DNA of 64,000 nt, from the NCBI GenBank assembly GCA_040756875.1, contig JBFLYH010000002.1:542526-606525 (forward strand), given 5' to 3'. The notes under the pieces were generated by a model that did not search any database, was not told the origin of the DNA, and saw only the letters and a list, made by a program, of their open reading frames with translations. This document shows positions 20,050 through 33,600 of this stretch, piece after piece. Position 1 is the first letter of the stretch. Every line of letters starts with the position of its first letter. The position numbers and the translations under genes were made by a program. Origin of the DNA: a candidate division FCPU426 bacterium. Its GTDB lineage: Bacteria; Oederibacteriota; JAAXVQ01; JAUVAV01.

Positions 20050-21912
20050 TCAGCCTTTTTTAATGCGGTACAGAAGCTGGGACAGCGCGGCCGGAGTGAC
20101 GCCTGAAATGCGGCTGGCCTGGCCCAGGTTCTGCGGTTTGAGGGCCGTGAGCTTTTCCACCACTTCCCGCGACAAGCCGGGCAGGCCCTGGTATACGAAA
20201 CCTTCGGGCACGCGGACCTGCTCCAGGAACTCCAGGTCCTCCACCTGCGCGGCCTGGCGCTTCAGGTAACCTTCGTACTTCACGGCCACTTCGGCGCGCT
20301 CCTGAACCAGCCTGGGCACTTGGGCCGTGGCTGGGTCCAGCTCAGCCAGGGCCGCGTACTCCAGCTCGGGCCGGCGCAGCAGTTCCTCCAGCGTGGCGGA
20401 TTCGCTCAGCGGGGCCGAACTGAAACGCGCCAGCACCGCGGCGCTGGCACTCCCGGCCGCGATCCGCGTCTGCCGCAGGCGCAGCAGCTCTTGCTTGAGC
20501 GCCTCTTCCCGCCGTTGGAAGTCCGCATGCGTTTTTTCGTCTACCAGCCCCAGCTGGCGCGCCAGGGGCGTCAGCCGCTCCTCGGCATTGTCCTCGCGCA
20601 ACAGCAGCCGGTATTCCACCCGCGAAGTGAACATGCGGTAGGGTTCGTTGGTGCCTTTGAACACCAGATCGTCGATCAGCACGCCAATGTAGGCCTCGGA
20701 ACGCTTCAAGGCCACCGCTGCCTCGCCCCGGATCCTGCGGACCGCGTTCAAGCCGGCCATCAGGCCCTGGGCCGCGGCTTCCTCATAGCCCGTGGTGCCG
20801 TTGAGCTGGCCGGCGCAGAACAGTCCGGGCAGCAGCGCGCTCTCGAGGCCGGCTGAAAGCTGGGTGGGCAGCAGGTAATCGTGTTCGATGCCGTAGCCGT
20901 TCTGCACGATGACCGCGCGTTCCAGTCCTGCGACTGAACGCACCACCTCCAGCTGCACGTCCGCGGGCAGGCTGTTGGACAGGCCGTTGGGATAGTAGCG
21001 TTCGGTTGACAGGGTTTCCGGCTCCACGAAAACATGGTGGTGGTCCTGGTCCGGGAACTTGACGATCTTGTCCTCGACCGAGGGGCAGTAGCGCACGCCC
21101 GTGGCCGTGATCTGGCCGCCGTAAAGCGCGGACCGCGAGAGGTTGGCGCGGATCAACTCGTGCGTCCGGAGATTGGTCCGGCCCAGGTAGCAGGGCCGCT
21201 GCGCCAGCCGGGGTTCCCGGGGCGAACGGTTGGAGTAGGGATCGAACACCGGGTCGCCCGGCTGTTCGGTCAGGCGGTCGAAATCGATGCTGCGGCCGTC
21301 CAGGCGCGGCGTGGTGCCGGTCTTGAAGCGGCCCAGCTTGACGCCCAGGGCCGCGAGCGCGTCCGGCAGCCGGTCCGAGGCCGGATCGCCGAGGCGTCCG
21401 CTGCGCTGTTGTTCGAAGCCGATGTGGATCAAGCCGTGGAAAAATGTGCCGGCTGCCAGCACCACGGCCCTGGCCGTGACCGCGCCCGCGCGCGCCAAAC
21501 GCACGCCGGCCACCCGGCCCTGCTCGGCCAGCAAGTCCACGGCCTCGTCCTCGGCCAGGTCCAGGCCGGGCAAAGCGCGCAGGCGCGCCTGGGCCAGGCG
21601 GGGGTATTCCTCCAGGTCCACCTGCATGCGCGTGGATTGCACGGCCGCGCCGCGGCTGCGGTTCAGGCGGCGGTACTGGAGGCAGGCCGCGTCGGCCAGC
21701 TCGCCCATGAGCCCGCCCAGGGCGTCGATCTCCTTGACCAGCTGTCCCTTGCCCACCCCGCCGATCGCCGGGTTGCAGCTAAGCGCGCCGATCTGGTCCA
21801 GCTTCAGGGTGACCAGCAGCACCCGGCACTGCATCCGGCTGGCCGCGGCCGCGGCTTCGATGCCCGCGTGGCCGCCGCCCACCACAATGATGTCGTATTC
21901 AGGAGCATTCAT
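20050..21912 (-). CDS. mnmG: tRNA uridine-5-carboxymethylaminomethyl modification enzyme
   Basis: GGGHAGIEAA, SCNPAIGG, RYCPSVEDK, GQLNGTTGYEEAAAQG. Confidence 0.98.
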   Translation of the reverse strand: MNAPEYDIIVVGGGHAGIEAAAAASRMQCRVLLVTLKLDQIGALSCNPAIGGVGKGQLVKEIDALGGLMGELADAACLQYRRLNRSRGAAVQSTRMQVDLEEYPRLAQARLRALPGLDLAEDEAVDLLAEQGRVAGVRLARAGAVTARAVVLAAGTFFHGLIHIGFEQQRSGRLGDPASDRLPDALAALGVKLGRFKTGTTPRLDGRSIDFDRLTEQPGDPVFDPYSNRSPREPRLAQRPCYLGRTNLRTHELIRANLSRSALYGGQITATGVRYCPSVEDKIVKFPDQDHHHVFVEPETLSTERYYPNGLSNSLPADVQLEVVRSVAGLERAVIVQNGYGIEHDYLLPTQLSAGLESALLPGLFCAGQLNGTTGYEEAAAQGLMAGLNAVRRIRGEAAVALKRSEAYIGVLIDDLVFKGTNEPYRMFTSRVEYRLLLREDNAEERLTPLARQLGLVDEKTHADFQRREEALKQELLRLRQTRIAAGSASAAVLARFSSAPLSESATLEELLRRPELEYAALAELDPATAQVPRLVQERAEVAVKYEGYLKRQAAQVEDLEFLEQVRVPEGFVYQGLPGLSREVVEKLTALKPQNLGQASRISGVTPAALSQLLYRIKKG

Positions 21913-21966
21913 GGAATCCTCGGGAGACCGTGACAGGAGCTAAGGACGCGCAGCGAAAACCCGGAA

Positions 21967-22593
21967 TCAGTCTTTTTTCAGCCAGCCCTCTTCATTGGCG
22001 CGTTCGACCACGAACAGCAGGTTCTGGCCGGGCGCGGTCTGGTAATAGATCCTGGCGGTCGGGTCCTCGCGGTCTTCTTCCACATGCATGATTCCGCGCA
22101 CCCGCTGCCACAGCCGGTGCCCGGCCTGCACCGGGGAATAGCTGCCGTCCGTTTGGTCCAAGCAGGCGGCCAATTCGCGGCTGATCTCCTCGCACCCGGC
22201 CGGATCACCGGTCATTGCGACCGCGGCCTGCCACAGCGACTCTCCGGTCTTGGGCATAAGCGTGCGGAAATGATACGCCAGCGCGGTCAGGAGCAGGCGG
22301 TAATAACCCCGGATGTCGTCCTGCGTGAGGGCTTCGAGCCGGCAGGTGGTCAGCCGGTAGCTGCTGCCCACGCCGCAGGTGTTCTTGAACATAAAGTCCA
22401 CGATTTCGAGCAGGCCCAGCAGGAGTTTGGAGATGATCTTGGGCTGCCGGTGCGCCGCCTGGATGAATTCCGCCGCCACTTGGCGCTGATCGCGGATGAT
22501 GTCCTCGCGCCGCTTGATTTCATCGGGGTTCAGCCAGGGTTCGTCGTCCGGTTGCTGCAATACGATTTTCTTTTTAACCGGCCGTTTGGGCAT
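21967..22593 (-). CDS. hypothetical protein
   Basis: ORF with GC-rich third positions filling the rsmB-mnmG gap; AGGAG RBS before MPKRP. Confidence 0.7.
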   Translation of the reverse strand: MPKRPVKKKIVLQQPDDEPWLNPDEIKRREDIIRDQRQVAAEFIQAAHRQPKIISKLLLGLLEIVDFMFKNTCGVGSSYRLTTCRLEALTQDDIRGYYRLLLTALAYHFRTLMPKTGESLWQAAVAMTGDPAGCEEISRELAACLDQTDGSYSPVQAGHRLWQRVRGIMHVEEDREDPTARIYYQTAPGQNLLFVVERANEEGWLKKD

Positions 22594-22611
22594 GTCGCAC
22601 TCCTGAAAATC

Positions 22612-22752
22612 GGCGTTTACCCTGCCAACGCAGAAAGCCCTGCGCATGCGCAGGGATGAATGCGACTGGAACGTTGGCAGGATGTCGCCTGTTAACTTAG
22701 CCGACGACGCAAGGTTGTTTAGTGGTGCCCCGGGCTTCGCCCGGGGGACTCC
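22612..22752. repeat. nested palindromic element plus second hairpin
   Basis: CCTGCCAACG (22621-22630) and CGTTGGCAGG (22672-22681) enclose CCCTGCGCATGCGCAGGG. Separate hairpin CCCCGGGC-TTC-GCCCGGGG at about 22728-22746. Confidence 0.6.
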
Positions 22753-22809
22753 ACGTATTATAAGGCCTGCATGCCGGGCCGGACTACAGAAAAGCTGCCC
22801 GTGGATCTT

Positions 22810-24186
22810 TTACTTCTCCTCCCGCACCCAGCGGGCCGCGAACAGGCCGTCCAGTTCGGGATGCCCGGGAAAAGTGCGGAACAGGCCGTCCCCGCCCCAA
22901 AACATTGTGTCCGGCTGGCCGCCGGACCCCGGCCCGGCCAGCAGCCGGAACGCGGGGTGGGTCTCCGCAAACCGCGCAACCACGTCCTCGTTCTCCTCGG
23001 GTTCGGTGGTGCAGGTGGAATAAACCAAGTGCCCGCCGGGTTTGACAAAACCCGCCGCCTGGTCCAGCAGGGCCAGCTGCCCAGCGGCCATCCGCGCGAA
23101 ATCCCCCGCCTGCACCCGCCACCTGGCTTCCGCGTGCCGCCGCAACGTGCCCAAGCCCGAGCACGGCGCGTCCACCAGCACGCGGTCCGCCCTCACCTCC
23201 GGCGGCAGGTCGGAAAGCGTGCGCAGATTCTCCAGGCGCAGGCGCCGGGCGTTTTCTTCCACGCGCTGGAGCCGTTGCGGATGGCTGTCATACGCCAGGA
23301 CCTGCCCCGTGCCTTTGAGCAGTTCAGCCAGGTGTGTGGCTTTGCCGCCGGGCGCGCTGCACAGGTCCAGGCAAACCTGGCCGGGTTGCGGGTCTGCCAG
23401 GCGGCCGACCAACTGCGAAGCCTGGTCCTGGAAGTACAGCCAGCCTTCGGCCAGGCCCGGCCATTGGGCGGGCCGGCCTTCGCGCTGCAGCAGCAGGCTC
23501 TCGGGCAGGAGCCCGGGTTCGGCCTGTACGCCGGCCGCGGCCAGGCCGGCCAGGGCCTGTTCCCGGGTGGCGGCCCCGAGGTTCACGCGGGCCGCGAGCG
23601 GCGGCGCCTCGTTGGCCGCCTCGAACATGGCCGCCGCCTGCACTGGCCCGAACCGCGCCAGCCAGCGTTCCGCCAGAAACAGCGGCAGCGAATACCGCAC
23701 CGCGGCATGAGCCGCCGGATCGTCTTTGGGGTCCGGCAGCGCGGGCGCTCCCTGGCGGGAGAGGGCGCGCAGCACGGCGTTGACCAGGCGGACATGGGGC
23801 AGGGACAGCCTCGATTTGGCCAGTTCGACCGTGGCGTGGACCGCGGCATGCGGCGGAATCTTGCTGAGCAGCAGCAGTTGATAGGCGCCCAGGCGCAGGA
23901 GGGTCCGGGCCGGACCGGGCAAGGCCCCGGGTTTGGACAAATACGGCTTCAAGGCGTAATCGAGGAAGGTTTTGAACTTGATGGTGCCGAGCGACAGCTC
24001 CCAAGCCAGGCGCGCGTCCGCGGGCGACAGCCCTGCTTCAGGCAGGCGCGCCTCCAGCCAGGCTTCGGCCCAGGCGCCGCGCTGTTCGACGCGGTTCAAG
24101 GCCTCCCAGGCCAGGCCGCGGGCGGAAAAAAAAGCGCGGCGCCCGCCTGACAGGGTGGACGCCGCGCGCGATGCTTTTTTGGTCAT
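22810..24186 (-). CDS. rsmB: 16S rRNA m5C967 methyltransferase (Sun/RsmB)
   Basis: NusB-like N-terminus, QDQASQ, DLCSAPGGKAT, DAPCSGLG, YSTCT. Confidence 0.95.
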   Translation of the reverse strand: MTKKASRAASTLSGGRRAFFSARGLAWEALNRVEQRGAWAEAWLEARLPEAGLSPADARLAWELSLGTIKFKTFLDYALKPYLSKPGALPGPARTLLRLGAYQLLLLSKIPPHAAVHATVELAKSRLSLPHVRLVNAVLRALSRQGAPALPDPKDDPAAHAAVRYSLPLFLAERWLARFGPVQAAAMFEAANEAPPLAARVNLGAATREQALAGLAAAGVQAEPGLLPESLLLQREGRPAQWPGLAEGWLYFQDQASQLVGRLADPQPGQVCLDLCSAPGGKATHLAELLKGTGQVLAYDSHPQRLQRVEENARRLRLENLRTLSDLPPEVRADRVLVDAPCSGLGTLRRHAEARWRVQAGDFARMAAGQLALLDQAAGFVKPGGHLVYSTCTTEPEENEDVVARFAETHPAFRLLAGPGSGGQPDTMFWGGDGLFRTFPGHPELDGLFAARWVREEK

Positions 24187-24196
24187 GTGCTTTGGA

Positions 24197-25051
24197 TCAG
24201 ACGCCTTTGATCACCCCGCGAAGTTCCTGATCCAGGGCTTCCAGGCGTTCGCGGCGCTGCTCAAGCGTAGGGTGGGTGGAAAACAGGTTCGCCAGCCCGC
24301 TGAGTTTGAAGGGATTAACGATGAACAAATGCGCCGTGGCCTGGGAACCGGCGGTTTCGGCCAGCGGCCGCTGCCGCACGGCCAGATGCAGCTTCTCCAG
24401 GGCCTTGACCAAATCCAGGGGCCGGTTGGTCAGCTGTCCTGCGCCCCGGTCTGCGGCGTATTCGCGGGAACGCGAGACCGCCAGCTGGATCAGCATGGCG
24501 GCGATGGGCGCCAGGAGCAGCGTGATCAGCGCGCCGGCCGCGTTGCGGTCCCGGCTGCCGCCGAACCAAAAGGAGATGCGCGCCAGCATGGTGATGGCGC
24601 CGGCCAGGGTGGCGGCGATCGCGCCGATCAGGATGTCGCGGTTCTTCACGTGCGTCAGCTCGTGGGCCAGCACGGCCGAGAGCTCGCTGTCGTTCAGGAT
24701 GTTCAGGATGCCCGTGGTTACGGCCACCACGGCATGGTGCGGGTTGCGCCCCGTGGCAAAGGCGTTCGGCACCTCGGTATCGATGACCTTCACGCGGGGC
24801 ATGGGCAGATTGGCCTGGGTGGTCAGGTTGCGTACGATCATTTCGGCCCGGCGTTCGGCGGGCTGGGGATCGCGGGCCCGGTACATGGCCAGCACGATCT
24901 TGTCCGAAAACCAATATGAACCGAAATTGAGCAGGACCGCAAAACCCAAAGCCACCATCATGCCCTGCTGCCCGCCCAGGCGGTCGCCGATGAACATCAA
25001 CAACAGGGTCATGGCCAGCAGCAACAGGAATGTTTTGAAAAGGTTTTTCAT
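24197..25051 (-). CDS. htpX: zinc metalloprotease HtpX
   Basis: PNAFATGRNP, AHELTHVKNRD, SRSREYAAD, FSTHP. Confidence 0.95.
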   Translation of the reverse strand: MKNLFKTFLLLLAMTLLLMFIGDRLGGQQGMMVALGFAVLLNFGSYWFSDKIVLAMYRARDPQPAERRAEMIVRNLTTQANLPMPRVKVIDTEVPNAFATGRNPHHAVVAVTTGILNILNDSELSAVLAHELTHVKNRDILIGAIAATLAGAITMLARISFWFGGSRDRNAAGALITLLLAPIAAMLIQLAVSRSREYAADRGAGQLTNRPLDLVKALEKLHLAVRQRPLAETAGSQATAHLFIVNPFKLSGLANLFSTHPTLEQRRERLEALDQELRGVIKGV

Positions 25052-25174
25052 AAGGCAAGCACCTACCTGTCCGTTAAAATTGCCCGTCCCCTATCACAGG
25101 GGCGTAGAATCCCCTTATCAATGACACCATATTCGCGGAAAAGATCGCAGCAGACAGCCGAAAAGCCCCGATTA

Positions 25175-25573
25175 TCAGGGGTTTTTCAGGATATGAGCAA
25201 TGAAGCGGCCGATGGCGTCCGCATCCTCGTCCCGCAAGGCCATGAAATAGATGCCCGCGCCGTGCTTGCCCTCAGACAGGCCGTGGTCAGACACCCAGAT
25301 CACCTCGGAAAAAGCGCGCACGGGTTTGGACTCCTCGGGCAGCACCACTTCGATTTTAAGAATGTCGCCTTTTTCCAGGATGCGGTCGCAAACCAGAAAC
25401 AAGCCTTCAGCCGAGACGTCCTTGGAGTCGCCTTTCAGCAAAGACCGCTTCTCCTCCAGCGCCATCATGGCCTCGTCGGTCTCGTTGATCACCTTGAACT
25501 GCACGGGGATGGTGACTTTAATCCGCGGATGCTTGCGTTTGTCGAATGATAAGGATGCCTCTTCCATATCCAT
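25175..25573 (-). CDS. PilZ domain protein
   Basis: RKHPR and DVSAEG c-di-GMP-binding motifs. Confidence 0.85.
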   Translation of the reverse strand: MDMEEASLSFDKRKHPRIKVTIPVQFKVINETDEAMMALEEKRSLLKGDSKDVSAEGLFLVCDRILEKGDILKIEVVLPEESKPVRAFSEVIWVSDHGLSEGKHGAGIYFMALRDEDADAIGRFIAHILKNP

Positions 25574-25655
25574 CCCTCCCTGAGGTGTGGGTTGGCCGCT
25601 TTCTGCGCGGCGGTCTCTAGGCTCATTGTAGCACGTTCCCGCGCGCTTGGCGAGG

Positions 25656-26056
25656 TCAGGCCTGCTCGTCGAGCGCCAGGTTCACCAGCCGGTCCGCGGC
25701 GGCGTTCTGCTCGCGGGGCACGTGACAGGCTTCCCAACGCCGGAAGGCGGCCAATTCGCGGCGGCAGGACTGCCACAGCGGTTTCAGCCCCGCGTCCTTG
25801 ACGCGGTAAACGCCCGACAACTGCCGGACGATCAGTTCCGAATCCAGCTTGAGCACCAGCTCCTCAAGCCCGTGGGCGCGGGCCAGCTCCAGTCCCAGCA
25901 GAACCCCGCGGTATTCGGCTACGTTATTGGTGGCATGGCCCAGGAAGGCTCGGCGCTGGCCCAGTTCGCGGCCATCCGGAGCGTAAAGGATCGCCGCGGC
26001 TGCCGCCGGGCCGGGATTGCCGCGGCTGCCGCCGTCGCAGAACAAAGTCCCGGTGC

Positions 26057-26060
<4 letters not shown>
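25656..26060 (-). CDS. ribonuclease HI family protein
   Basis: [36 protein letters not shown] start overlaps the kdsA stop. Confidence 0.9.
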
Positions 26061-28616
<2,556 letters not shown>

Positions 28617-28635
28617 TCAAGCTGCAGGATAATTT

Positions 28636-28663
28636 ATTGTACGCAGGAGACGGCGACTGTCAA
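28636..28663 (-). promoter_or_regulatory. sigma70-type promoter for pyrG
   Basis: TTGACA-16 nt-TACAAT. Confidence 0.65.
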
Positions 28664-28701
28664 ATGAATTACCGGGATACCCTTCGCCCGGCAGGGCGGA
28701 G

Positions 28702-30621
28702 TCATTGCGTGGCTTTGATTTTTTCCTGGGCTTTTTGGATGTTCTTTTCCGCGCCGGGATAATCCGGCTGCAGGATCAGGACGTCCTTCCAATAGGCGAT
28801 GGCCTGGCGGTATTGCCCCAGGGTGTACACCTCGATGCCTTTAAGATAAAACTCCTTGGCTTTGCCTTCCATCTGGACGCGGTACTGCTGGAGCCTGGCC
28901 TGGGCTTCGTCGTCTTTCGGCACCAGGCTGCCGGTCTGGCGCCAGCTGCGCACCGCGCGCACCAGGTCGTCGGCTTGGACGTAGCGGTCGCCGGCGGCGA
29001 TCAGTTGTTTGAGCTTGAGATCGCGCAGGCGTATCGCCTCCTTGAGGTACTGGCGGGCCTGCTTGTGGCCGCTGGCGATCTCGAGCACCTGCGACCACTG
29101 GTCGATCGCTCCGCGGTAATCGCCCCGTTCAAAGGCGCGCAATCCTTTGGCGTAATACTCCTGGATCCGCGGGTCCTTGTACTCCTTGCCGCCCTTGGCC
29201 AACTGCTCCCGGGTCTTGTCCAGCTGGGCCAGTGCCTCGGCGTTTTTCTCGTCCAGGGCCAGCACAGCCTGCCACGCCTGCAGCGCATCCACCCACTGCT
29301 GCCGCTTGAACGCCGCCCGGCCGATCGCCAGCTGCTCGGCAACGGCCTGGGCGTGGTAAAGCTTGCGGGTTTTGTCCAGGGCCTGTGCGGCCCGGGTGTT
29401 GCCGGCGTCAGTCAGTAAAATCCGCTGGTACTCGTCCAAGGCATCCTCAAGCTGGCCGGTCTGGGCGTAGCGGTCCGCCCGCGCAAAGCGTTCGGAAAGT
29501 TCCCGGCTTTTCTCCTGCTCGCGCTGCCTGCGCTGAGCTTCCTCCAGGCCCTGGCCGGCCGAAGCATCGTTGGGAAGGAAAGCCAGCACTTTTTGAAAGG
29601 CGTTCACAGCTTCTGCGTAGCGCCCGGCCGCGAGCGCGGCCTGTCCCTGCTGGCGGGCCTGCGAGAGGAGCGATTCCTTCTCCGAAGCCAAGGCCCGGCC
29701 GCCGCCGAAGAAATAAGTAAAGCTGACGCGGTGACCCAGCCCCAGGTCGCCCTGCGGCGTCAGGGCGTAATCCAGCTGGTACCCCTGGATGTTGAATCCC
29801 AGTCCCGCGCGCAGGCCGGACAGCCGGTCCAGGCCCTCGAACTCCGGGCGGACCAGGTACCCGGCGCGCAGGGCGATCATATTGCGGTACCAATACTCGG
29901 CGCCCACGCCGTACCTGAACCAGCCGGGCAGGGTCCTGGCCACATCCGCGGTGAAGTTCAACTGGTCCGAAAAAAACCGGCCGGCCGCGCCCACGCGCAG
30001 GGTCAGGGGCAGGCTATAGCCTGCCACCGGCAACCCCAGGTTCTGCACGGCCGCGCCCAATGACCACCAGGCCCCTGCGGGCCGGAACAGGGCGCCCAGA
30101 TCCGCGAACCCGCTTTGGTACGTCACGTCGTCCAGCTGCTCCCGCGCGTAATTCAGGCTGGCGCCCGCGGAAAAATCCCGGCCCACGGGCAGGCCGAAGG
30201 CCAGGCCCGCGGTCAGGCTGAAGGGATTGAAGCCCTCGCCCGTAATCAGGCCGTCGTCGTCGCGCCGCAATTGGACATCCGAATTCAAATAGGCGGCCTG
30301 GGCGGCGGCGCAACCGCCCCAGAGCGGAACCGCGCCCGCCAGGAATTCCTGTTTGAGGTTGGAAATCCACTGGTTGTGCATGAAAAAGATTTCGGGTTCG
30401 GAAATCCCGGCCAGTCCGGCGCTGTTCCAGGAGAGGGTGGTGACATCGTCTCCCAGCCCGGTAAACGCCTCGCCCATGGCCATGGCCCGCGGCCCGGCGC
30501 CCAGCAGAAGGAAAGACATGGCGTTACGGGAGGCCGGCCGGTCGCCGGCTAGAAGCTGTGCCGGCACGGCGGCCAGCCCCGCGAGAACCAGAAGTGCGAG
30601 CAGCTGTCCGCAGGTCCTCAT
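28702..30621 (-). CDS. PorV/PorQ-like (FadL-superfamily) beta-barrel fused to TPR repeats
   Basis: Signal peptide, FLLLGAGPRAMAMGEAFTGLGDD...WNSAGLA, barrel strands ending DYALTPQGDLGLGHRVSF, then several TPR-like helical repeats. Confidence 0.8.
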   Translation of the reverse strand: MRTCGQLLALLVLAGLAAVPAQLLAGDRPASRNAMSFLLLGAGPRAMAMGEAFTGLGDDVTTLSWNSAGLAGISEPEIFFMHNQWISNLKQEFLAGAVPLWGGCAAAQAAYLNSDVQLRRDDDGLITGEGFNPFSLTAGLAFGLPVGRDFSAGASLNYAREQLDDVTYQSGFADLGALFRPAGAWWSLGAAVQNLGLPVAGYSLPLTLRVGAAGRFFSDQLNFTADVARTLPGWFRYGVGAEYWYRNMIALRAGYLVRPEFEGLDRLSGLRAGLGFNIQGYQLDYALTPQGDLGLGHRVSFTYFFGGGRALASEKESLLSQARQQGQAALAAGRYAEAVNAFQKVLAFLPNDASAGQGLEEAQRRQREQEKSRELSERFARADRYAQTGQLEDALDEYQRILLTDAGNTRAAQALDKTRKLYHAQAVAEQLAIGRAAFKRQQWVDALQAWQAVLALDEKNAEALAQLDKTREQLAKGGKEYKDPRIQEYYAKGLRAFERGDYRGAIDQWSQVLEIASGHKQARQYLKEAIRLRDLKLKQLIAAGDRYVQADDLVRAVRSWRQTGSLVPKDDEAQARLQQYRVQMEGKAKEFYLKGIEVYTLGQYRQAIAYWKDVLILQPDYPGAEKNIQKAQEKIKATQ

Positions 30622-33600
30622 TTGATCACCGTCAGCTTTCCGGCCGGAAAACTCTTCATGCTGCCCTGGCGGTCACGGGCCGTGACTTTGAACAAATACA
30701 CGCCCGGCGCCACGCCACTCACGTCCCATTCGTGTTGATTGTACTTCTGGCCCTGGCCCTGGCCTTCCCAGTCCCACACCAGGGCCGCGGTCTGGTTGTA
30801 AACCCGGATCAGGACCGTGGCGTCCTCATCCAGCCAGTAAAGAAATTTGATTTGCTTCCCCCGGCAGGGATTGGGATAGCTGATTGCCTCGTCGCGCGAA
30901 ATCAACGGTTCGAGCGTGAAATCCGCGCGCTCGCCTGGGTAAATCCCCGTGATCACCTGGGCTTTCATGCCCGTGGCCGCGGCTTTGACGCGGTAAGGCC
31001 CGCCGGTAATGGGCGACAGGATGAATTCCCCGTCCGGATTGGCCGTGGTCTGCAACAGCACCTGGTCCGAGGACATGGCCAGAACACTGGCCGTGGAAGG
31101 ATAAAGCGGCTTGCCGTTTTTCGCGATAATCCTGCCGGCGATGGAGGTCTGCTCCACCAGCACGAGGTTGACCTGTTCGGTCTCTTCGCCCAGCGTGGCG
31201 TTGAACCCTCCGCTGCCGACAGAATAACCGGCGCACTCGACGCCGATGGAATAGGGCGCGGAATGCAAGCCGCGGATAGTGTATTTTCCCGCCTGGTCCG
31301 TGAATCCGTAGCGGTAAGGCAGCAAATTATCGGCCGTATAGACCCACACTTTTGCCAACCCGATGGGATTGCCCACTTGGTCGGCGATCCGGCCGGAGAC
31401 GCTTCCACCTGACGATATAATGAGTTCTCTTTGCAGGTTTTGCCCGGCCAGGACCTGGACGCCTCCCTGGGGTTCCATAGCGTAATTCAAGCCGGTCATA
31501 GACTCGTAAACGCCCTGGACGCTGTACGTGCCGGGCGCAAGCATAATGGCGTAATTGCCCCAGTGATCGGTCTGGGTGTAGGCGCGGAACCCGCTGTCGT
31601 TCCAAAAGAAAACCAAGCCGTTGATGAGGCGGCTGCCTCCCTGGTCGCGCATCAGTCCCGAAACCTTTTGCCCGTTTTGGGACAGATACAAATAACGGCT
31701 GACCGAGCCGTTGGTTAAATCCACGCGCGAATTGACGCAGGCAAAACCATTGGCATCCGTAATCGGAGGCAGGGCTTCCAGGTCATACCCCAGACGGGAC
31801 AGCCCGGTAAACTCAAAGCGCCCGCCGCCATCGGTGCTGCCGTGGCCAATCAGGCCGATGCCGAAGGCCGCGGTCGGATCCATGGCGCTTTTGATTTGAA
31901 CCGGAATATTCGAGGCAGGCCGGGTGTTTCCGCCGGTCTCCAGGTAATAAACATAGCCGGAACACGTTTCCCCCGCGCTCTCCGAGAAATCCAAGGCGTT
32001 CACTTGGCCGGAGTCAATGCGGGTCACAAAGGACCGCGTTTGCGCCGGAACCGAGGTGGTGGGCAGGGGTAAAAACAGCAGGGAATAATTCCCTTCCGGC
32101 AACCCGATAAAATCGATGGCCCCGTTGATGCTTAAACGCCCGAAGGTTTTTTGGTCGTTGATAAAAAAGGCCAGCAAATATCCGCTGTACGGCTGACTGC
32201 TCTCGTCCAGCACGGTCCCTTGCAAGCCTCCGCCGATGTCGAGATCGAAATCCAAGACCCGCGTCATTTGCTCTTCCACGGTCAAACCGCGTTCGGCCGC
32301 CGAGGCGGTATAGGTGTTGACGTTCGTGGGTTCCACGGCCACCGTGTAATTTTGGTACGGCGTCAGGCCGTCAAACGTGTACCCGCCGCCGGCATCGGTA
32401 TAGCCGTCGAATAAGGGGGTAAACGGATACATGGATTCAAGGAAGATCGCGATTTTTGAATTCGCAATGATGTTTCCATCCGGCCCGCGGACGATGCCGG
32501 ATATTTTTCCGCCGGGCTGGAGGGTGAAATTCCGGCTGACAGGCACATTTTGCCGAATTTGTTCATTGCCCACGCGGAGGGATTGCAGGTTGGTGCCTTG
32601 CGGCGGTTTGACGAAAATGTCATAGTTCCCTTCGGGCAAGTCGGGGATCGTATAAAAACCCTGGGCATCCGTGTTCATTGAACCGACTTCATCGCCGGTG
32701 CTGTACATCATGGTCAGGGAAACCTTTACGCCGGACACCGGCGCTCCGGTGTAAGCGGTGATGGTGCCGCTGATGTCCCCGGCCGCCAGCAGGCGGAAAT
32801 CAATGCCCGCGGTCGTGTTTTCGTCGACGACGGGGACGAAATCGCGGACCACGCCGCGCCACTGCGCCGGCGCGTCGGTGATAAGATAAGCAGGGGCCGG
32901 ATAGACGTGTTGCAGGGTATAGGTCCCGTCGGATCCGGTTTGGGCAAAAAGATTCGGATCGGTCGAATCCGAGGGATGGCATTGGATCCAAATGCCGTCC
33001 GCAGTGGCCGTGGTGTCCCCGTAATAAACCGTGCCCGTGATGGTGCCGCCGATAAACAATTGGAAATTATAATTCGGCACATCCACGCCGTCCGTTAACG
33101 TCAACTGGGTCGTCAGGGAATCAGAATACCCGTTTTCTTCCGCGTAAAATCTCCAATTCCCCGGGGACAGGCGCACGGAGTAGCTGCCATCCGTCTGGGT
33201 AAGCAGCTTATAAATCACGGTGGTTTCGGCGGTGACGGTCGCGCCGGCCAGGGCCGGCGATCCCGTTTCATGGGAAGTGACCCGGCCGCTGACCAATGAA
33301 CCTATACGCATGAATGCATTGATGGTATTGACCAGCCCGGGTTGGATGGAAGTGGATTTATAGAGATCGGCAAAACCGGTACGCGTTGCCCCTTGGTTGG
33401 TATTTGAGAAACCCAGTGGCATATCGAAATTTTCTATTAAATATAAACCCTGGCTGTTGGCGTATACGCTATTGGATTGATCGCGGACCCATACCCAGGC
33501 TCCGGCGCAGGGCGTGTTGTGGCTGGCGTCCCAGATGATGCCCATGGCCGTGGTCGTGATCGCGCCTGCCGGGAGGCTTAGCCCTGCCAGGCAGCCCAGG

